DNA of 64,000 nt from Candidatus Caldarchaeum sp. (GTDB taxonomy: Archaea > Thermoproteota > Nitrososphaeria_A > Caldarchaeales > Caldarchaeaceae), in NCBI GenBank assembly GCA_038885755.1, contig JAVZZH010000001.1, positions 320,001 to 384,000 of the forward strand, given 5' to 3'. Shown here one piece after another: positions 36,041-45,031 of this stretch. The stretch's first letter is position 1, and the number at the start of each line of letters is the position of its first letter. Made by a program: the position numbers and the translations under genes. The notes under the pieces are model-generated. The model saw only the letters and a program-made list of their open reading frames with translations. It made no database searches and was not told where the DNA came from.

Positions 36041-37858
36041 TTACAGTACCGTGACGGACTTGGCTAAGTTTCGGGGCTTGTCGGGGTCGTAGCCCTTTGC
36101 GACCGCCATGTGGTACGAAAGAAGCTGGAACGGCACGGCGTAGGTTATGGGCGTGAGAAGCGGATGGGTGCGGGGTAGGCCGATGTAAAAGTCGGCCAGC
36201 TCCCTCAGCTCGTTGTCAGCGTCGTCCCCGAAAACAACCACGTAAGCTCCCCTAGCCTTCATCTCCATTATGCTGCCTATGTTAAGCTTCCTGTATTCGT
36301 CGGGTGGAGCGACAAAGATGACTGGAGTAGATTCTTCCACGACGCTGATAGGGCCATGCTTGCTCTCGCCAGCTGGGTAGGCTATGCAGGGGATGTATGA
36401 AAGCTCCATCACCTTCAGCCTCCCCTCGTAGGCTGTCGCCGTCGAGATGCCTCGACCGAGGATGAAGAGGAAGGGCTTTGAAGCCAGAACCTTCGAAAGC
36501 TCGACCGCTTTAGCCGCTGTTTTCAGCAAGACGTTTTCTATAACCCGTGGAGTCTTCAGTATTTCGGCCTTAAACTCGTCCATCTCGTACTGTGCTATCT
36601 TGCCCCGCAGCCTCGCAAGCCTCAGCGCTATCTGAGCGAGAACAAGAACCTGTGAGGTGAAGGTCTTCGTCGCAGCAACACCTATCTCAGGGCCAGAGTT
36701 TTGCAGCACGTAGGCTCTCGATATCCTAGTCAGAGTCGAGCCAACCGTGTTGGTCAGGCCGAGTATTGTGCAGGCCCTAAGCCTTGCAAATTCTAGCGCT
36801 GCGAGCACGTCAGCCGTCTCGCCTGACTGGCTTACCGCCAACACTACGGTCTCAGCTCCCACAGACCCTCCGTAGTTCGGAATGAACTCGGATGCTATCA
36901 CAGGGTAGGTTGCGAGCCGTGCCAGCTGAGACAACTGATAGCTTCCGGCTAGGCATGCGTTGTAAGAAGTGCCGGCGCCCAGCAGAAAGATAGCACGCCC
37001 CTTATCAAGCAGCTCCGCCAACAGGTCAACATACTGCTGCTGAAGCCTCAGCGAATCCATCAGAGTCAGAGGCTGCTCGTAAATCTCCTTGAGCATGAAG
37101 TGAGGATGACCCTGCTTCTCAGCTGTTTCCACCGACATCTCGACTTTTTTGACGGGGCGTTCAACCAACTCTCCAGTGTCGATTCTGTAAATGCTGTATC
37201 TGTCGCTCAGCAAAACAGCCATCTCCCGGTCATGCAGGAAAACCATGTCGTTGGTCATGTCTAGCAGGGCTGTTATGTCGGAAGCCGCCATGTTGAAGCC
37301 TTTTCCGACTCCTATGATTAGAGGAGCCTCCTTCCTCGCCACGAAAAGCCTTGCAGGGTCTTTTGTAGAGATTAGTGCGAGAGCGTAGCTGCCCTCCAGC
37401 TTCCGCAGAGACTTGACGAAAGCCTGCTCTAGGCTGTCCCCCGACCTTAGATACTCCTCAACAAGATGAGGTATGACCTCGGTGTCTGTCTTCGAGGCAA
37501 ACGAGTGGTTGAGGTCTGTCAATTCCTTCTTCAGCTGGAGGAAGTTTTCGATCACTCCGTTGTGCACGACGGCTATTGTTTTACGGCAGTCTGTGTGTGG
37601 GTGAGCGTTGACTTTAGTCGGAGCCCCGTGAGTAGCCCATCTAGTATGGGCCACTCCTATGGTGCCAGGCAACCTGTCAAGACCGAGCCTGTTGTTTATG
37701 TCGTCAATCCTCCCCGCATCCTTCTCAATCAAAAGCGTGTCTGAATGGATTGTGGCCACTCCGGCCGAGTCGTACCCCCTGTACTCAAGCCTCCTAAGAG
37801 CCCTTACCAGTATGGATGAAGCCTGTTCCGAGCCAACGTATCCTACGATGCCGCACAC
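36041..37858 (-). CDS. glmS: Glutamine--fructose-6-phosphate aminotransferase
   Basis: GTG start gives MCGIVG (Ntn Cys); LEYRGYDSAG, HTRWATHG, SQSGETAD, PRNLAKSVTV. Confidence 0.96.
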   Translation of the reverse strand: MCGIVGYVGSEQASSILVRALRRLEYRGYDSAGVATIHSDTLLIEKDAGRIDDINNRLGLDRLPGTIGVAHTRWATHGAPTKVNAHPHTDCRKTIAVVHNGVIENFLQLKKELTDLNHSFASKTDTEVIPHLVEEYLRSGDSLEQAFVKSLRKLEGSYALALISTKDPARLFVARKEAPLIIGVGKGFNMAASDITALLDMTNDMVFLHDREMAVLLSDRYSIYRIDTGELVERPVKKVEMSVETAEKQGHPHFMLKEIYEQPLTLMDSLRLQQQYVDLLAELLDKGRAIFLLGAGTSYNACLAGSYQLSQLARLATYPVIASEFIPNYGGSVGAETVVLAVSQSGETADVLAALEFARLRACTILGLTNTVGSTLTRISRAYVLQNSGPEIGVAATKTFTSQVLVLAQIALRLARLRGKIAQYEMDEFKAEILKTPRVIENVLLKTAAKAVELSKVLASKPFLFILGRGISTATAYEGRLKVMELSYIPCIAYPAGESKHGPISVVEESTPVIFVAPPDEYRKLNIGSIMEMKARGAYVVVFGDDADNELRELADFYIGLPRTHPLLTPITYAVPFQLLSYHMAVAKGYDPDKPRNLAKSVTVL

Positions 37859-37925
37859 GTCAAAACCGTGTTCCAACCTCCTTATAAGCACGCTTCAAAC
37901 AGTTGATTAACCGGTTAACGCTGAT

Positions 37926-38861
37926 TTGACAGGTATGGGTAGGGCTAGGCTTTTACAGTCCGGGCGGGAGACGGACGTCGCTGTAATCAAGGCATCGGTC
38001 AAGGGTTTAAGGTTCACAGACCTTGTCTTCGAAGTGGCTGGAGCTTTCCAGAAGCCCAACTATCCTGCCAGGGTTGCGGAGAGGCTTGGAGTCAGCAAGC
38101 AAATCGTCGGCCAATACGTCAAGAGGTTGGTTGAGCTTGGTGTTTTGACCGAGGCTGGAGAGACAGATGTTAGGGGAGGAAGGGCGAGGATGTACCAAGC
38201 CACGGTCTCAGGCGTGTCCATGCTTTTTCCAAGACCTCGGTGGCGCAAACAATCCAAAGGCGATGAAATGCCTGAAAAGCTTTCGAGCTTCCTCGAACCC
38301 TTTCTCATCCGCAGAAAACTCAACGGCCTTGTCGTCGTCGGCTCCCCCCATCCACACGGGCCGTTCAGGTCTGTCGCGACGGACGGACACTACGGCTTCC
38401 AGCTAGGGCTGTTCCTCGGACGATACGTGGACAACCTCAGCGGCTTCAAAGTCCGTCTCGACGTCGACGTAAAGTCTGAGAAACTCTACGAGAACAACTT
38501 GCTGTTGCTGGGAGGGCCTGGGACGAACCTGATCACGGCGATGGTGAACTCAAGCCTGCCGGTCGGCTTCATGGAGGGCAACTACTGGTCCGGAATAGTC
38601 TCTCCGAGGCAGACCTACACAAGCGAGTTCGTCGGGCTCGTCGCAAAGTCGCCCAACCCTAACAACCCCCGGAACACAGTGATAGTTTTGGCTGGTTTGA
38701 GGGCTTCGGGAACAAAGTCAGCCGTGCTGGCCTTGACCGAGAACTGGAGCCGGCTGCTGGAAACATACCATGGCGAGCAGAGCTGGGCCGCCGTCGTCGA
38801 GGGTTTTGACGTAGACGGAGACGGGAAAATTGACTCAGTCGAGATACTTGAAACCACCTAG
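37926..38861 (+). CDS. HTH transcriptional regulator fused to a conserved archaeal domain of unknown function
   Basis: N-terminal wHTH (YPARVAERLGVSKQIVGQYVKRL); VVGSPHPHGPF, NLLLLGGPGTNLI, AG.RA.GTK, DVDGDGKID. Confidence 0.75.
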   Translation: MTGMGRARLLQSGRETDVAVIKASVKGLRFTDLVFEVAGAFQKPNYPARVAERLGVSKQIVGQYVKRLVELGVLTEAGETDVRGGRARMYQATVSGVSMLFPRPRWRKQSKGDEMPEKLSSFLEPFLIRRKLNGLVVVGSPHPHGPFRSVATDGHYGFQLGLFLGRYVDNLSGFKVRLDVDVKSEKLYENNLLLLGGPGTNLITAMVNSSLPVGFMEGNYWSGIVSPRQTYTSEFVGLVAKSPNPNNPRNTVIVLAGLRASGTKSAVLALTENWSRLLETYHGEQSWAAVVEGFDVDGDGKIDSVEILETT

Positions 38862-39452
38862 TTCCTCGAACGTCTTCTCGGCTTTCGCAAGGTCCTCCAC
38901 GGTATCTACATCGGTCAGAAGTCTTTCATCAACCTCCACAACCCTAGCGCCGACGGTTTTGAGTATGCTCTTAGCTCCAACGTCGCCCTCAAGCATCAAC
39001 AGCCTTTGTAGAAGCTTTTTGGAGAAAACCGCCGGAGGCGAGGGCTCACCGGCTAAGCAGGCTGACACGGCTTCACAGCACTCACTCCTGAACACGTCAA
39101 CAAGCCTCTTGACGACGCTCTTCGTGAACGGCATGTCCCCAAGAACTATCACCAATCCCTCGGACTCCGCAGGAGTCCACGAGGCCGCCAGCCTGATGCC
39201 CGCGCTCAGCCCTCTAGAGGCACGGGTGTTGACCAAGACCGTGTAGTCTGGGGGGATTAAAGACTTATTCACGTCGGAGGGCTGCAACACCACCGCCCTG
39301 TGCTTCAGAAAGGATATGGCTTCGACGGCCCACGCAAGCAAAGGCCTCCCAGCCAGAGCGGCGGACAGCTTATCCCGGCCGAACCTCTGTGAAAAACCTG
39401 AAGCAATCACAGCACCGCTTAGCATGGCTGAGGTCAAGCACTCCAGCGGCAC
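38835..39452 (-). CDS. MocA/YgfJ-like nucleotidyltransferase
   Basis: IASGFSQRFGRDKL, GLSAGI, LGDMP, LEGDVGAK, DVDT; true start may be ATG 39425. Confidence 0.85.
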   Translation of the reverse strand: MPLECLTSAMLSGAVIASGFSQRFGRDKLSAALAGRPLLAWAVEAISFLKHRAVVLQPSDVNKSLIPPDYTVLVNTRASRGLSAGIRLAASWTPAESEGLVIVLGDMPFTKSVVKRLVDVFRSECCEAVSACLAGEPSPPAVFSKKLLQRLLMLEGDVGAKSILKTVGARVVEVDERLLTDVDTVEDLAKAEKTFEELGGFKYLD

Positions 39453-39496
39453 GATAAGCTTAAAAGTGTTTTAAGCAACATCTTTAATGGTATCGC

Positions 39497-40162
39497 ATGT
39501 ACTCGGCAAGGGAGCGGATAGAAGATTATAGGTCAAGGCTGATGAACCTTGCTCAGGAGCAGATGAGGAAAGTGCTCGACCTTCTCAGGAATACAGTTTT
39601 GATGCTTGAATACCTGAACAAAGACCTCGACATCAGGAAAATGGATGAGCTCTACTCCTCTGTTTTGAAGGCCGACGAAGCCGCCAAGGAATTCAGGAGG
39701 CTCGTCGAGAAAGAGGTTTCAGATATAGGTGCTATTCTCACTAACAGGGAGGATTTCCTCAGGCTGGTGAACGGCATAGATAAAATAGCTGACACTGCGG
39801 AGGGCGTTGCTTACAGAATACTCGGTCTCACGAAAGCACGTATGAAGATTGATAAAGAAATACACGCTTCGTTAACCAAGCTGGGAGAAGCGGTTCTCCA
39901 GACCGTTGTGAAGCTCAGAGAAGCCATGTTTACCGTCACTCTCAACAGCGATACATTCCTGGAGAAGATAAAGGAGACTGAGCAGGCTGAGAGGAGCGTG
40001 GACGAGATTTACAGGAATCTTGACCTGACTATTCTTCAGCTGGACATGAAGGTTGGCCAGCTTCTTCTCATACGCGAGATCGTGTCTATGCTCGAGGACA
40101 TAGCGGACAGGTCGGAGGAAGCATGCGAAAACCTGCGAGTTCTTTCGTTCGCAATCCTTTGA
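39497..40162 (+). CDS. DUF47/PhoU-like helical protein
   Basis: REDFLRLV..IDKIAD..E, E...DEIYR, LEDIADRSE. Confidence 0.8.
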   Translation: MYSARERIEDYRSRLMNLAQEQMRKVLDLLRNTVLMLEYLNKDLDIRKMDELYSSVLKADEAAKEFRRLVEKEVSDIGAILTNREDFLRLVNGIDKIADTAEGVAYRILGLTKARMKIDKEIHASLTKLGEAVLQTVVKLREAMFTVTLNSDTFLEKIKETEQAERSVDEIYRNLDLTILQLDMKVGQLLLIREIVSMLEDIADRSEEACENLRVLSFAIL

Positions 40163-40169
40163 GGCCAGC

Positions 40170-40709
40170 ATGTTGGCTGAAGGAGAGCTTCTGAGGGACA
40201 GCGTCGTAGTATGGAACATCGAACACGCTAGGAAGCTATTCAAGGACGGGTTTTACGGCAAACCACTGGGAATACCGAAGCCCAGGGACATTAGCTTCGA
40301 AGCTCCTCTGGTCCTAGACCTTGTCGAGGCTCTTTACCTGCAGCAGAAGAACAAGCTGTTAGTGTTTTCTGGAGGAAGAACAATCTCCGCGGAAGAGCTT
40401 GAGAAGCACGCTTCATCGCTGGAGGAGAACTTTCCGATGAAGTACAGGGTTTACAGAGACTTGAGGGATAGGGGGTTCGTAGTCCTTCCGGGAATAAAGT
40501 TCGGCAGCGACTTCGCAGCTTACAGGCACGGACCAGGCATAGACCATGCACCATTCATCATACAGGTCAAGAACAGGACGGGAAGCATCTCAGCATTGGA
40601 GATAGTCAGGTCAGGTAGGCTGGCTACCTCTGTCAAGAAACACTTCACAATCGCGGTTCCGTCGGAAGATAAGGTTGCTTACGTGCTGTTCGAGTGGTGG
40701 AAAGCCTAG
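40170..40709 (+). CDS. endA: tRNA splicing endonuclease catalytic (alpha) subunit
   Basis: VYRDLRDRG..V..GIKFGSDF..Y..GPGIDHA, GRLATSVKK (Y/H/K triad); GFYGKPLGIPKP loop. Confidence 0.94.
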   Translation: MLAEGELLRDSVVVWNIEHARKLFKDGFYGKPLGIPKPRDISFEAPLVLDLVEALYLQQKNKLLVFSGGRTISAEELEKHASSLEENFPMKYRVYRDLRDRGFVVLPGIKFGSDFAAYRHGPGIDHAPFIIQVKNRTGSISALEIVRSGRLATSVKKHFTIAVPSEDKVAYVLFEWWKA

Positions 40710-40710
40710 C

Positions 40711-41373
40711 CTACCGCATCCTCCTGTAAAGGGCGTGAAGAGTTTTTCCCGTTCTCCTCAGCCCCAGAAGCTCGTGGCCTGTTTTATCCGCCCAGCCAAT
40801 CAAGTCAACCTCGGTGGCAGGGTCGGATGTTATGACGTGCAGCGTCTCACCGGTCTTGACGTGCTGCTCCATGAAATCCCCTATCTGTGTTAGAATGCCC
40901 TCGCAAGTCTCTCCGAAAACCTTCAACTCCTGATGGGGCAGTACGTCGAAGCAAACAACTCCACGGTCGGCGTTAACCCTCGAATAGTATTCGACGGCTT
41001 CTCGGAGGCCTGACAGGCTGGGCTGCTCGATGCATTCAATCTCGGCCAGCCAGCCTCTTTCGTAGGGGTCTTCAGCCACCACCTCAGGGTTCGACACCTC
41101 ATCGTTAGTCCTCAACACACGGCAGTCAACCGGCGCCGTTAAAGCACCCTCCATCCTCAACGAAATGTAGAGGGCGAGAGAGGTGTTCTTCCTCAACAGG
41201 CTGCCGACCGGCTTAACGCTAATCCTTCTAGGTCTTCCGGCGAAGTGAAGGAATGGAGCGACAACGCCTACCACGTAGGTCGATGGAAGGGTTAGAGGCT
41301 TGAACCATAGATCGTTGGGCAGGCTGTAAAGCCTGTCCTCGGGAAGCGGGCAGCCTTCGAGGCTATTTTTCAA
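40711..41373 (-). CDS. GcvH/LbpA-like domain (lipoyl Lys replaced by Arg) fused to a TusA/SirA-like domain
   Basis: GCPLPEDRLY..DLW..VG..AG..KPVG..APV..V..N..NPE.V.EDPYERGWLAEI (H-protein fold); C-terminal GETC..GETLHVITSDP...DLIGWADKTGHELL (TusA fold). Confidence 0.8.
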   Translation of the reverse strand: MKNSLEGCPLPEDRLYSLPNDLWFKPLTLPSTYVVGVVAPFLHFAGRPRRISVKPVGSLLRKNTSLALYISLRMEGALTAPVDCRVLRTNDEVSNPEVVAEDPYERGWLAEIECIEQPSLSGLREAVEYYSRVNADRGVVCFDVLPHQELKVFGETCEGILTQIGDFMEQHVKTGETLHVITSDPATEVDLIGWADKTGHELLGLRRTGKTLHALYRRMR

Positions 41374-42208
41374 TCGGGTATCTGACGAGGTTGCCCCATT
41401 CCGTCCAGCTGCCGTCGTAGACCTTCACGCTCGGGTATCCAAGCAGATGTTTCAGAACGAACCATGTGACGCTAGCCCTCTCTCCGATCCGGCAATACGT
41501 CACGACTTCCCTGTCGGGCAGTACCCCCTTCGAGCCGTAAAGCTGTCTCAGCTCCTCCACGGGTTTGAAGGAGCCGTCCTCCCTTATAGCCTGACCCCAC
41601 GGGATGTTGATAGCTCCGGGGATGTGTCCGCCACGCTGGGCATGCTCGTTAGGGTATTCGGGCGGAGCCGTTATCTCTCCCTTAAACTCGGCAGGAGACC
41701 TGACGTCGACGAGAACGAGGCCAGGGTCGGCTATCTTCCTTTTCAGAAGCTCCTCTAGGAAGATTCTGTCGGAATAGTTTATCTTCTCAACCTTGTAGGC
41801 TGACGGCTTGGGTTTCGGCGTCTCCTTCGAAAGCTCTCCGCCGGAGTCGATCCATTTCTTACGTCCTCCGTTGAGGAGCTGCAGCTTGCTGTGGCCGTAC
41901 ATTTCGAAGACCCAAAAGGCGAACGTTGCGAACCAGTTGTTGTAGTCACCGTACAGGATGACGTGCGTGTCATTCGAGATGCCCAGCCTAGACATCAGAG
42001 CTTCGAACTCTCTAGCGTCTATGATATCCCTCGACTCCTGCTTGTTCATGTCTTTCCTCCAGTCTATCAGCAGAGCTCCCGGTATGTGTCCCTGCTCGTA
42101 TGCGAGCTTGGGGTCGTAGTCCACTTCGACGACGGCCAACCCGGGTTTGGCGAGGTTCTGCTTAAGCCATTCGACGTCTGCGAGGACATGGGGGTGTGCG
42201 TATGACAT
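41363..42208 (-). CDS. Tandem-domain rhodanese sulfurtransferase (TssA/CysA/SseA family)
   Basis: YEQGHIPGA, DVRSPAEF.G, GGHIPGA, active site YCRIGERA, YDGSWTEW. Confidence 0.93.
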   Translation of the reverse strand: MSYAHPHVLADVEWLKQNLAKPGLAVVEVDYDPKLAYEQGHIPGALLIDWRKDMNKQESRDIIDAREFEALMSRLGISNDTHVILYGDYNNWFATFAFWVFEMYGHSKLQLLNGGRKKWIDSGGELSKETPKPKPSAYKVEKINYSDRIFLEELLKRKIADPGLVLVDVRSPAEFKGEITAPPEYPNEHAQRGGHIPGAINIPWGQAIREDGSFKPVEELRQLYGSKGVLPDREVVTYCRIGERASVTWFVLKHLLGYPSVKVYDGSWTEWGNLVRYPIEK

Positions 42209-42270
42209 GGTTTGGGTCGGTCTTGGCTTTATTTAAGCCATTCTTAGCTTAAAATAATATTGGTAATATA

Positions 42271-43944
42271 CTAGCCATATCTAAACCTAACCCCGCGACC
42301 GTTCCATTCATGTCCGAACCTGACAGCGGCCGGAGGACCGATTACCCCGCAGGTCCCGCATGCAACGCAGGCAACGTGGTCGAACTTCAGCACGCTCGAC
42401 TCTATGTCCTTCAGAGTCATGTCGTAGGCTGTCCTCTCAGATCCAGCCTGCTTTAAGTTGAAGCGGTAAAGGTCCCTGAAGGACGCGAACACTCCCTTCT
42501 CGTTGACCACGGTGTAGCAGTTGACGGGGCAGAGCGGAACCCAAGCCTTCCGACTGTCGGCCGAAGCCACCCTAGAGTCCACCTGTATGTGGGCCCTCTC
42601 CCTGTCCTCGCGATAGTCAAGCAAGCCCGTCATCGCTTGAATGTTCTTAATGGCGTCGCCGTCCATCTGGGCCGGGTTATAATTGGAGGCCTTGACTGTT
42701 CTCCCCAGACCGAGCCTGAACATGGCTGACACGCTCGACGAGTAGATCAGCTTCCTCTCGAGGATCATGCTGTTAGTCTTGGACTTTCCGATAAGACTGT
42801 AGATGGGTTTCAGCATATGCTTGTAGATCGAAAGGGTTTCATCGCCGAAGCTTCCAGCCTTAGCGGCATGCATGTAGGCTTGAGCCGCTAGAATCCCCGA
42901 GGCGATGGCAGGCCTCATGCCGTCTATCAAAGCTCCGATTTTGTAGAAGACACCCAGAGAGTCTCCAGCCGCTAGGAAGCCGGGGTAGTAGGGCTTGCTG
43001 GGAACAACCTTATAGCCGCGAGGTATGTTGTGGGCAGAATACTCAGCTATCCTACCGCCTTCAACTATCTGCGAGACGAAGGGATGCGACTCCATCTCTA
43101 CGAGGACTTCATAGGGCTTTCCCAGCTCGTTGAACTGGGTTGTGAAAACCGATATGGCTGAGGAAAGGTCCATGACGACGCCGACCGACAGAGTGTCGCT
43201 GTTCGGGTAGATGAAGCCGCCGCCCACTATGCCGTGCATGAAGGGGCCCAGCAGGTAGACCGTCTTAAATCCGTCGTCGAGCCTGAAGAACTCTTCGATC
43301 CTTTGAGAACTGGTTTTGAAGACATGCTTTACTCCATGGTAAACTTGGTCCGGCGTAATCTTTCCTCTCATCCCAACCTTCTCGGGAAGCAGCGAGGTGA
43401 CTCCGCTGCAGTCTATCACGAGGTCTGCACGCAGCTCTTCGTCCTGCGTCCTCACGCCCACGACCCTGCCGTCCTCGAACAACAAGTCCTCGACGGTTTT
43501 GGACGTTGCGAGTAAAGCCCCCTCCTCCACAGCCCTCAACGCCATCCAGCGGTCGAACTTGGCTCTCAAGACCGTGTAGTCGTGTCCACTGGAGGCGTCT
43601 AGCATCGTCAAACCAAGCCTAGTCGCCAACGATTTCTTGTCCCACTTGATCAAGCTGAAGCTAACACCGTCGTTCTCCAGCCTTGGCTGACTGATTAGGT
43701 AGAGCTCGTGCCCCGAGATTTTTCTCTCGACGGGTGCTTCCTGCTCGAATTCAGGAATCAGGTCGATTAAGCCAAGCCCGTTGATGAATCCCCCGAACAA
43801 CACCCCGCCGGATACGTTCCGCTGGCCGGGAAGCTGAGCCTTCTCCAGCATGATTACGTCGTAGCCGCGCCTTGCAAGCGTTATGGCTGCCGCCGACCCG
43901 GCGGGCCCTGCTCCGACCACCACAACGTCGAACTTGTCAGCCAT
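42271..43944 (-). CDS. FixC-type flavoprotein fused to FixX-type ferredoxin
   Basis: VVVVGAGPAG, NVSGG, RAKFDRW, EYSAH, GD; C-terminal CPVNCY...CVACGTC...GRGVRFRYG. Confidence 0.88.
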   Translation of the reverse strand: MADKFDVVVVGAGPAGSAAAITLARRGYDVIMLEKAQLPGQRNVSGGVLFGGFINGLGLIDLIPEFEQEAPVERKISGHELYLISQPRLENDGVSFSLIKWDKKSLATRLGLTMLDASSGHDYTVLRAKFDRWMALRAVEEGALLATSKTVEDLLFEDGRVVGVRTQDEELRADLVIDCSGVTSLLPEKVGMRGKITPDQVYHGVKHVFKTSSQRIEEFFRLDDGFKTVYLLGPFMHGIVGGGFIYPNSDTLSVGVVMDLSSAISVFTTQFNELGKPYEVLVEMESHPFVSQIVEGGRIAEYSAHNIPRGYKVVPSKPYYPGFLAAGDSLGVFYKIGALIDGMRPAIASGILAAQAYMHAAKAGSFGDETLSIYKHMLKPIYSLIGKSKTNSMILERKLIYSSSVSAMFRLGLGRTVKASNYNPAQMDGDAIKNIQAMTGLLDYREDRERAHIQVDSRVASADSRKAWVPLCPVNCYTVVNEKGVFASFRDLYRFNLKQAGSERTAYDMTLKDIESSVLKFDHVACVACGTCGVIGPPAAVRFGHEWNGRGVRFRYG

Positions 43945-45031
43945 TAGCCACCCTCTCCACAGCCTCTATGATTCTCGGAAGAGCTTCGTAAAGGTCTCCT
44001 TTGATTCCGTAGTGCGCTATGTCGAAGATCGGTGCCTTCGGGTCGTTGTTTATCGCAACGATCTTCTTAGACCTGATCATTCCCACCCTATGCTGGACAG
44101 AGCCGCTTATCCCAACGGCTATGTATACGTCCGGAGATATCGTCTTACCGGTCTGGCCTACTTGTCTTTCAGACGTCACCAACCCCTCCAGCTCCTTCAG
44201 CTCGGAGTATATCAAAGCTCTTGTAGCTCCCAGCTCGCAGTTGACGCCCAGCTTAGTGTTCACCAAGTCGACCAAGCTTTTTGCAAGCGTGTACCCCTCC
44301 CGCGGGTTTTTCGGCCTGCCGTTTCCATCCTTGAGTATACCAAGACCTATGCTGACCACAACCCGGGCCCCCTCTAGGTCTACCTCGCTCTTCGGAAGCC
44401 TCTTCTCCTCAACGACTTCCACGACGAAGTCTTCAGGAACAGGCTTGAAATGATACCTAACCCTCTCCCCCTCTCTCCTCCTGTCTTCCTGTAGTGGTTC
44501 GAAGTTTCCGGGCCTAATGCTTGCTACTTGGGGCCTGTGCCTCGGCGTGAAGATCTTAGCCACGCGTGTTGCGAAGTCGGGCCTTATCTGCGCCAGCACG
44601 TTTTTGTAAGTCGTGTTTGTGGGGCCGAAGTAGTAGTCCTCCACCTCTAGGTTGATGTTGTCAGTGGCAAGCCCGGTGCCAAGCCTGTAGGCAACCCTCG
44701 GCGAAAGGTCTCTTCCCAGCTCGTCTGCGACGAAGAGAAGAGCGTAGGGCTTCTCCTTCTCAACCATCTCGCAGAGAACTCTCGTGTAGGGTAGGCAGTT
44801 GTAGTTCCTGAGCCAAGGCTCGTCCGCATACACAACCTTGTCGGCTCCTCTGGCGATCGCTTCATCTACCACAGAGTTCAAGTCATGCCCTATAATCGCC
44901 GCCACAACCCTCTGCCCGAGCCTGTCAGCCACCTTCCGCGCTGCAGCGATTATCTCTAGGCTAGGCCTAGTTAGCCGGCCGTCCTCTTTGACGCAGTAAG
45001 CCATGACGTCCCTATACTGCTCTAGCGACAA
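43937..45031 (-). CDS. fixB: Electron transfer flavoprotein alpha subunit (FixB/EtfA)
   Basis: GRDLSPRVA, QVGQTGKTISP.VYIAVGISGSVQH.VGM, AINNDPKAPIF. Confidence 0.93.
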   Translation of the reverse strand: MSLEQYRDVMAYCVKEDGRLTRPSLEIIAAARKVADRLGQRVVAAIIGHDLNSVVDEAIARGADKVVYADEPWLRNYNCLPYTRVLCEMVEKEKPYALLFVADELGRDLSPRVAYRLGTGLATDNINLEVEDYYFGPTNTTYKNVLAQIRPDFATRVAKIFTPRHRPQVASIRPGNFEPLQEDRRREGERVRYHFKPVPEDFVVEVVEEKRLPKSEVDLEGARVVVSIGLGILKDGNGRPKNPREGYTLAKSLVDLVNTKLGVNCELGATRALIYSELKELEGLVTSERQVGQTGKTISPDVYIAVGISGSVQHRVGMIRSKKIVAINNDPKAPIFDIAHYGIKGDLYEALPRIIEAVERVANG

